This document shows positions 6,872 through 11,903 of a stretch of 11,903 nucleotides of DNA, one piece after another (within the stretch, counting starts at the first letter, position 1; each line of letters starts with the position of its first letter). A model generated the notes under the pieces. That model saw only the letters and a list, made by a program, of their open reading frames with translations, ran no database searches and was not told where the DNA came from. Origin of the DNA: an uncultured bacterium (GTDB lineage: Bacteria; Desulfobacterota_D; UBA1144; Nemesobacterales; UBA2774); NCBI GenBank assembly GCA_963825135.1, contig CAWGRW010000012.1, positions 1 through 11,903 on the forward strand, read 5' to 3'. A program made the position numbers and the translations under genes.

Positions 6872-7794
6872 CGTTTCTCGGTGACGAGGCTCACGAATAT
6901 CTCCTCTAGAGAGCTCTCGCTCGAATGTATGTCCCTGTAATCTATCCCGTGCTCGCTGAGGCGCTTCAGGAGCGGCGCTATGCCCGTCTCCTCACCGTGC
7001 ACGTCGAAGGTGTAGACGAGCTCGCTCCCGTCCGCAGAAAGCTCGAGGTCGAGACCGCCGAGCTCGAAGGGGATAGAGGTTATCGGGTTCTGGAGATATA
7101 ACTTCAGCTGCCTCTTTCCTAACTTCCGCATGAGCGCCGTCTTGTCCTCGACGAGTATGATCTCGCCTTTGTTTATAATCCCTATGCGGTCGGCTATGAG
7201 CTCGGCTTCTTCTATATAGTGCGTCGTCAGTATGATGGTCACGCCGTCCTCCCGGAGTCCCCTGACCATCTCCCACATATCGCGGCGGAGCTCGACGTCC
7301 ACTCCCGCCGTCGGCTCGTCGAGGAAGAGTATCGCGGGCTCGTGCGAGAGGGCCTTGGCGATGAGCACGCGGCGCTTCATACCTCCCGAGAGCGCCTGTA
7401 TCTTCGTATCGGCCTTGTCGAGGAGCGACAGGTCGCCCATGACCTTCTCGATGTGGGCCGGGTCGGGCGGCTTTCCGAACAGCCCCCGGCTGAAGTTCAT
7501 CGTGTCCCTGACCGTCTCGAACACGTCCGTCGTCAGCTCCTGGGGGACGAGGCCTATCTTCGAGCGTGCCGCGCGGTAGTCGGTAATGATGTCGTGGCCG
7601 TCTGCGTGCACCGTGCCCCCGCTCGGGTTCACTATGCCGCATATGATGCTGATGAGCGTCGTCTTCCCCGCGCCGTTCGGACCCAGAAGCGCGAATATCT
7701 CCCCCCTCCGTATATCCAGATCGACATTCCTGAGCGCCTGAAAACCGGAAGCATAGGTCTTGTTTAATTTTTTTACAGAAATGATTGTGTTCAC
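6868..7794 (-). CDS. ABC transporter ATP-binding protein (YadG-like)
   Basis: Walker [11 protein letters not shown]-loop LVPQE, signature LSGGM, Walker B ILFLDEP and H-loop TTHY. GTG start. Confidence 0.97.
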   Translation of the reverse strand: MNTIISVKKLNKTYASGFQALRNVDLDIRRGEIFALLGPNGAGKTTLISIICGIVNPSGGTVHADGHDIITDYRAARSKIGLVPQELTTDVFETVRDTMNFSRGLFGKPPDPAHIEKVMGDLSLLDKADTKIQALSGGMKRRVLIAKALSHEPAILFLDEPTAGVDVELRRDMWEMVRGLREDGVTIILTTHYIEEAELIADRIGIINKGEIILVEDKTALMRKLGKRQLKLYLQNPITSIPFELGGLDLELSADGSELVYTFDVHGEETGIAPLLKRLSEHGIDYRDIHSSESSLEEIFVSLVTEKR

Positions 7795-7887
7795 GGAAGC
7801 ACCTTGAATAACAAAAATTTATATTCTATCCGGTTATACGGCTATATACAGATATAGATTCCTTAACCGCCAGGAAGATTCATCCCC

Positions 7888-8844
7888 CTACATGTCCTTC
7901 TTTACGTGCTGGTCGCGGTGGAAATGGTATTCGAATGTTTTTCGTACGGAATCACCGGCGCCTGAAATATAACCCGTCATCTCGCCGATCGAGCTCGCGA
8001 CTAGACCCGCCGCCATTATCGGATAGACATGCGGCTTTGTTCTAAATAGCCCGGCGCACCCGGAATAATTTCGCACTATCCTGTAAAACCGGATGAACGG
8101 TATCAGTACCGAGCCGAGAGCGAAAGAAAGGCGTTTCAATGCTGACCATGATTCCCGCCTGGTTGCGGCGAACGTTCTGCCCATCAGGAGGTTGACCTTG
8201 AGGAACGTCGATAGAACTCCGAAATTCAGATGACGTATCTTCGCCGCGGGGTCGAGATAGAGCTTGTGTCCTTTCGAGACGAGGTCCCAATGGAGAACGC
8301 TCTCCGCTTCGAGAAACCTGTCCATCTCGGGTCCGTACTCAAGCAGGATATTGCGTTTGTAACTGCTGTTGTGTCCGGGAAGATGATTCATTTCTCCCCC
8401 GGCGTTGGGATATAGCCACGGCGAGTAGCCGATCATTATATCCGCCCATCCGACAGCGCTCTCGGGGTTCGCGTTATAGATCACCGGCCCGACGGCGGCC
8501 CAGTTGTTCTTATGCGATCCGATCAATGCCTCGGCCCAGAGCGGGTCCGGGAAAACGTGGTCCTCGGTAAACGCCACTACGGGCGCTGACGAAGCACGTA
8601 CGCCTTCGGCTAAGACGTGACCCAGCGAAGCCGAATCGCCGGGCTCGACTATCCTTACCGCCCGAAAACAGCCGAACTCGCCAGGCGCCGCTCCGAGATC
8701 GCCTGACGACAGTTTTACTATCACCAGCTCGAGAGAGTCATTGACGCTTTGCGATTTCAGACATTCGACCGTCCTGCGTATCGTTTCGTACGTATCGGGA
8801 GTTATTATCACGACCGACATCTTAGGAACGCTTGAATTGTTCAT
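7888..8844 (-). CDS. Glycosyltransferase family 2 protein
   Basis: N-terminal MSVVII...CLKSQ...ELVIV GT-A fold start, and VVAFTEDH at the DxD position. Also AAVGP, GHNSSYKR and a C-terminal hydrophobic/amphipathic region. 4-nt overlap with the upstream gene. Confidence 0.88.
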   Translation of the reverse strand: MNNSSVPKMSVVIITPDTYETIRRTVECLKSQSVNDSLELVIVKLSSGDLGAAPGEFGCFRAVRIVEPGDSASLGHVLAEGVRASSAPVVAFTEDHVFPDPLWAEALIGSHKNNWAAVGPVIYNANPESAVGWADIMIGYSPWLYPNAGGEMNHLPGHNSSYKRNILLEYGPEMDRFLEAESVLHWDLVSKGHKLYLDPAAKIRHLNFGVLSTFLKVNLLMGRTFAATRRESWSALKRLSFALGSVLIPFIRFYRIVRNYSGCAGLFRTKPHVYPIMAAGLVASSIGEMTGYISGAGDSVRKTFEYHFHRDQHVKKDM

Positions 8845-9902
8845 AATGTTCCGTGAGCATCCGATAATTTCACTGGCGCGCCTGAGTCCGCGGATTCGAT
8901 CGCCGCGAGCGCTATTTCAAGCGCGCGGCTTCCGTCTTCGAGGCTGCATCCTGCTTTCTTGTCGTTAATCACCGAGTCTATGAAGCTCTCCCACTCCCGG
9001 TAGTAAGAATCTTTGAAAATCCCCCCGTGTTTGAGAGCCTCTGAGTTGTCTAACGCTTGCGAGATCTTGTCGGCCGCTCTCCTGACCCCGCTGATCAAAC
9101 GGCCGGGTGGCATAGCGCATGGTCTGATCTCGAGCCCGGCGATGTCGTATAGCGATATTTTCATCATTCCTTTGATCCCGTAAATCTCGATCTCGTTCGC
9201 GTGACCGGAGCCGTATGAGAAGACGGAGGACGACAAAATTCCGTTTGACAATTTCATCGAGACGAGCGCCGTTTCGTCCTCGATTTCCCCCGAAACGCTC
9301 GTCGCGTGTACCGAGTCCGCGTCCGTATCGAAAAGATACCTAATCAGATCGAAATGGTGAATTCCCAGATCGATCAAGGATCCGCCGCCGAGTGCGCGCT
9401 TCTTTCTCCATTCCGCAAGACCCGGATCGTTCACGGTCATTGCGCTTCTCACGAGCTCTATAGGTCCCAGGGCGCCATTCCCGACGATTTTCTTCGCCTT
9501 TATCACACTGCGGTGCCAGCGGAGATTAAAACCGACAAATGCCTTGACCGAAGACTCTCCGGCTTTTTTTATTAACTGCTCGCTTTCTTCCCGGCTCAGC
9601 GCGGCTGGTTTCTCCATGAAAAGATGCTTTCCCGACTCGAGCACCGCCATACCCAGCGCGAAGTGATATTCGGTAGGCGCGCATACAGCTACGGCCTCGA
9701 TCTCGCTCCGGTTTATGAGCTCGTAGGGGTCGGGGTACGTGTTCGCGACGTTGATGATACCTGCTAATCTCTCGAGCCTGCCTTTATCGGTATCCGATAG
9801 CGCGAGGACCCGGGCTGCGGGCAGCGATCTCAGGGAGGGCAGGTGTAATGTTTCTGTCACACTGCCGCAGCCGATTATTCCGATATTCAGAGTTCGGGGC
9901 AT
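8841..9902 (-). CDS. Gfo/Idh/MocA family NAD(P)-dependent oxidoreductase
   Basis: IGIIGCG Rossmann motif, GKHLFMEKP, VGFNLRW and GGGSLIDLGIHHFD. Confidence 0.95.
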   Translation of the reverse strand: MPRTLNIGIIGCGSVTETLHLPSLRSLPAARVLALSDTDKGRLERLAGIINVANTYPDPYELINRSEIEAVAVCAPTEYHFALGMAVLESGKHLFMEKPAALSREESEQLIKKAGESSVKAFVGFNLRWHRSVIKAKKIVGNGALGPIELVRSAMTVNDPGLAEWRKKRALGGGSLIDLGIHHFDLIRYLFDTDADSVHATSVSGEIEDETALVSMKLSNGILSSSVFSYGSGHANEIEIYGIKGMMKISLYDIAGLEIRPCAMPPGRLISGVRRAADKISQALDNSEALKHGGIFKDSYYREWESFIDSVINDKKAGCSLEDGSRALEIALAAIESADSGAPVKLSDAHGTL

Positions 9903-9929
9903 GTTTGTCCTTATCGCCGGGACGGTGCG

Positions 9930-11186
9930 TTACGGATAAAGCCCTCGTAGCTTCTTCGCCCGGGACACGTGGCTTATGCCGAGCATTAGAGCGGCGAGAC
10001 GCATCGACACGCCCTCTTTCTCCGCGTACTCGGCTACCTTGATAAACGTACTCTTCATGCGCTTCTTGAGCTCGTCGTGCACGGCCTCCCTCGACCAGTA
10101 ATATTCCTGGAGCCCCTGAACCCATTCGAAGTACGACACGATGAGCCCCCCGGCGTTCGCCAGTATGTCCGGTATCACGGGTATGTTCCTCTCCCGGAGT
10201 ATGTCGTCCGCCTCCGCCGTGGTCGGGCCGTTCGCCCCCTCGACCACCATCCCGCATTTGAGCCCGGACGCGTTCTGCTTCGTTATCGCCCTCCCCAGCG
10301 CCGCCGGTATGAGCACGTCGCATTCGAGCGCGAGCATCTCGTCGTTCGTCACCTTGTCCCCGTTTGCGTACTCGTTCACCTTCCCCTTCTCCCTGACGGT
10401 TCGTATCAGCTCCTCGACGGAGAGTCCGTTAGGGTTGTATATGCCCCCGTAGACGTCGTTCACGGCGACGACATTGATCCCCATATCGTCGAGCTTGAGG
10501 GCGGTATGGCTCCCGACGTTCCCGAACCCCTGAATCACCACCTTTACCGAGTCCGAGTACCTCTTGAATCTCCTGAGCGCGTCCTCGGTCACGTAAGCGA
10601 CCCCGTATCCGGTCGCCTCCTCCCTCCCGAGCGAGCCGCCTATGATGACCGGCTTTCCCGTGACGACGGAGGGGACCGTGTACCCCTGCGCCACGCTGTA
10701 CGTATCCATGATCCATGCCATTACCTGGGGGTTCGTCCCGAGATCGGGCGCGGGTATGTCCTTGTTCGGGCCGATTACGGGGAGTATTTCGGCCGTGTAT
10801 CTCCTGGTGAGCCTTTCGAGCTCGCCCTGGGACAGCGTGCGCGGGTCGACCGACACGCCCCCCTTCGCGCCCCCGAACGGGAGCTCCGCGAGCCCGCACT
10901 TCCACGTCATGTTCATCGCGAGCGCGGCTACCTCCCCCATGTCCACGTCCGGGTGGTATCGTATGCCGCCCTTGTAAGGCCCGAGGGTCTGGTTGTGCTG
11001 CACCCTGTACCCGCCGAATACCTTTACAGTGCCGTCGTCCATACGCACGGGACAGCTCACTACGAGCGTCCTCTGAGGGAGTCTGAACCTGTTTTCGAGT
11101 CCGTCGTCCTCCGTCAGCAGCCTGCTCGCCCTCTCGAACTGGACTATCGCCTCCCTGAACGCGGCCGAATTGAATAGCTCGTACAT
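9930..11186 (-). CDS. gdhA: Glu/Leu/Phe/Val dehydrogenase, most likely glutamate dehydrogenase, 418 aa
   Basis: GPYKGGIRYHP, MTWKC, PFGGAKGG, DIPAPD, TGKP, REEATGYG, IQGFGNVG, EGANGPTT, PDILANAGG and SYFEWVQ. Start moved to ATG 11186, which follows GGAGG at 11193-11197. Confidence 0.96.
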   Translation of the reverse strand: MYELFNSAAFREAIVQFERASRLLTEDDGLENRFRLPQRTLVVSCPVRMDDGTVKVFGGYRVQHNQTLGPYKGGIRYHPDVDMGEVAALAMNMTWKCGLAELPFGGAKGGVSVDPRTLSQGELERLTRRYTAEILPVIGPNKDIPAPDLGTNPQVMAWIMDTYSVAQGYTVPSVVTGKPVIIGGSLGREEATGYGVAYVTEDALRRFKRYSDSVKVVIQGFGNVGSHTALKLDDMGINVVAVNDVYGGIYNPNGLSVEELIRTVREKGKVNEYANGDKVTNDEMLALECDVLIPAALGRAITKQNASGLKCGMVVEGANGPTTAEADDILRERNIPVIPDILANAGGLIVSYFEWVQGLQEYYWSREAVHDELKKRMKSTFIKVAEYAEKEGVSMRLAALMLGISHVSRAKKLRGLYP

Positions 11187-11273
11187 ATCTGTCCTCCCGT
11201 TTATATGGTTATGGCACGGAGGTCCATGGGGACTGCCTCGTGTGAAGCGCCCTCCGTAGAGACGCCTATGAGA

Positions 11274-11301
11274 ATTATATAGATATTTAGGGTTATGGCG
11301 A
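11274..11301 (-). promoter_or_regulatory. Candidate sigma-70 promoter for gdhA
   Basis: Minus strand reads TCGCCA, 16-nt spacer, TATAAT (11274-11279). Confidence 0.4.
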
Positions 11302-11374
11302 TAGGGGGTGTTTACGCGAATTTGTTGTTCTGTCATCGCAAGAACCGTTTTCAGCGAGAATAAATCCCCAACCC

Positions 11375-11399
11375 TGTAGGAGCGGCTTCCACCCGCGAT
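11375..11399 (+). repeat. GTAG-family REP-like element
   Basis: TGTAGGAGCGGCTTCCACCCGCGAT has a GTAG tetranucleotide followed by a GCGG/CCGC hairpin, the layout of GTAG-type REPs. Confidence 0.6.
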
Positions 11400-11400
11400 G

Positions 11401-11577
11401 CACACGTAGTGTGATCTTTCGAAAAGAAAAGACTAAGGAAGGACAAGACAAAGGCTATTTTTTTTATCCTTCTTTTCCTCGATGAAAAGAAGCAAAAATC
11501 ACACACGTAGTGTGGATTATGAAAAGCAAAGACAATATTATTTTCTTCTTTGTCTGGATACAAAGAAGCAAAAATCA
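11401..11577 (+). repeat. Two imperfect tandem units, each with a CACACGTAGTGTG hairpin, an A/T-rich linker and a CTTCTTT..AAAGAAG hairpin plus CAAAAATCA
   Basis: CACACGTAGTGTG occurs at 11401-11413 and 11502-11514. Hairpin plus CAAAAATCA occurs at 11469-11501 and 11545-11577. Confidence 0.85.
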
Positions 11578-11703
11578 TTCCGACTACATAATTTGCTAAA
11601 AATCTCATGTACTCGCTAAATCTTCCAATTCCGCCCCACTCCGCGTAAGATTCTTAACGCTCGTACAATCGATTTTCTTGACGCAAATTCTGTAATGTCG
11701 GGA
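11545..11703 (+). ncRNA. Putative structured non-coding RNA or repeat element (Flavo-1-like)
   Basis: A 9-bp hairpin (11545-11568) and A-rich linker precede a long interrupted hairpin (11578-11703) with two copies of a GC-UA-A / U-CUURAC-GC internal loop. The Flavo-1 resemblance is from memory, not from a search. Confidence 0.6.
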
Positions 11704-11740
11704 AGAAAAGGCTTTCTGGATTGATTTGGGTGTAAGGTGA

Positions 11741-11783
11741 CACCCCCATCCTCACCTTCCCCCCTCCAGGGGGAAGGAATTAA
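11741..11783. repeat. REP-like palindromic repeat, copy B (inverted relative to 5993-6037)
   Basis: CACCCCCATCCTCACCTTCCCCCCTCCAGGGGGAAGGAATTAA contains a CCTTCCCCC/GGGGGAAGG stem. Confidence 0.8.
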
Positions 11784-11790
11784 GGAAGAA

Positions 11791-11825
11791 CCTTCGACAG
11801 CACACTTCGTATGCGCTCAGGGTGA
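11791..11825 (+). repeat. Degenerate CTTCGACAG..GCTCAGG-type REP-like repeat
   Basis: CCTTCGACAG-[CACACTTCGTATGC]-GCTCAGGGTGA resembles the CCTTCGACAGGCTCAGGGTGA repeat I recall from many bacterial intergenic regions, with a 14-nt interruption. Confidence 0.45.
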
Positions 11826-11903
11826 TCGGGTTGGATTGAGCTGAGTGGGGATGTGAGAGATCGTATGCCCGCGGGTGCTCACCCGCCGCGTCAATCGGCG
11901 GTC

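Noticed and set aside
6023..7767. Alternative-frame and antisense ORFs over the ABC genes (6023-6580, 6267-6821, 6992-7642, 7219-7767)
   Set aside because: They overlap well-supported genes and give Arg/Gly/His-rich low-information translations.
10077..11177. 366-aa ORF antisense to gdhA
   Set aside because: Fully overlaps a clear dehydrogenase on the opposite strand. It is H/R/V/P-rich with no motifs, typical of a codon-bias shadow in GC-rich genes.
11187..11405. N-terminal extension of the gdhA ORF
   Set aside because: Covers promoter-like and REP sequence, and a GGAGG SD precedes ATG 11186.
11401..11577. CRISPR array
   Set aside because: Only two imperfect units of unequal length, no unique-spacer/identical-repeat pattern and no cas genes.
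11351..11608. 85-aa minus-strand ORF
   Set aside because: F/S-rich translation of the AT-rich hairpin repeats, with no SD or domain.
11871..11903. Small hairpin GCGGGT-GCTC-ACCCGC and a possible minus-strand stop codon at 11891-11893
   Set aside because: Could be the end and terminator of a gene outside the window, but too little sequence is available to support a call.

Overview
GC-rich bacterial chromosomal window with 13 supportable CDSs. In order: pcm (with a hydrophobic N-terminal extension), a divergent archaeal-type SAM synthetase, a small acidic hypothetical protein plus a tandem-CBS protein, an orphan HicB-like fusion protein, a Gly-tailed RRM RNA-binding protein, a small membrane protein, an AhpD/CMD-family protein, an ABC-2 exporter pair, a GT2 glycosyltransferase, a Gfo/Idh/MocA oxidoreductase and a Glu/Leu/Phe/Val dehydrogenase. 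The most notable non-coding signals are: (i) two near-perfect sigma-54 (-24/-12) promoters in front of pcm and the CBS operon, at identical distance from their start codons; (ii) an AT-rich structured element at about 11401-11703, with two tandem hairpins showing compensatory base changes followed by a 126-nt hairpin with a twice-repeated internal-loop motif, reminiscent of the Flavo-1 RNA motif; (iii) several REP-like palindromic repeats; (iv) a 15-bp exact direct repeat bracketing the membrane-protein gene. All calls come from reading the sequence and recalled family motifs; no searches or folding computations were run.
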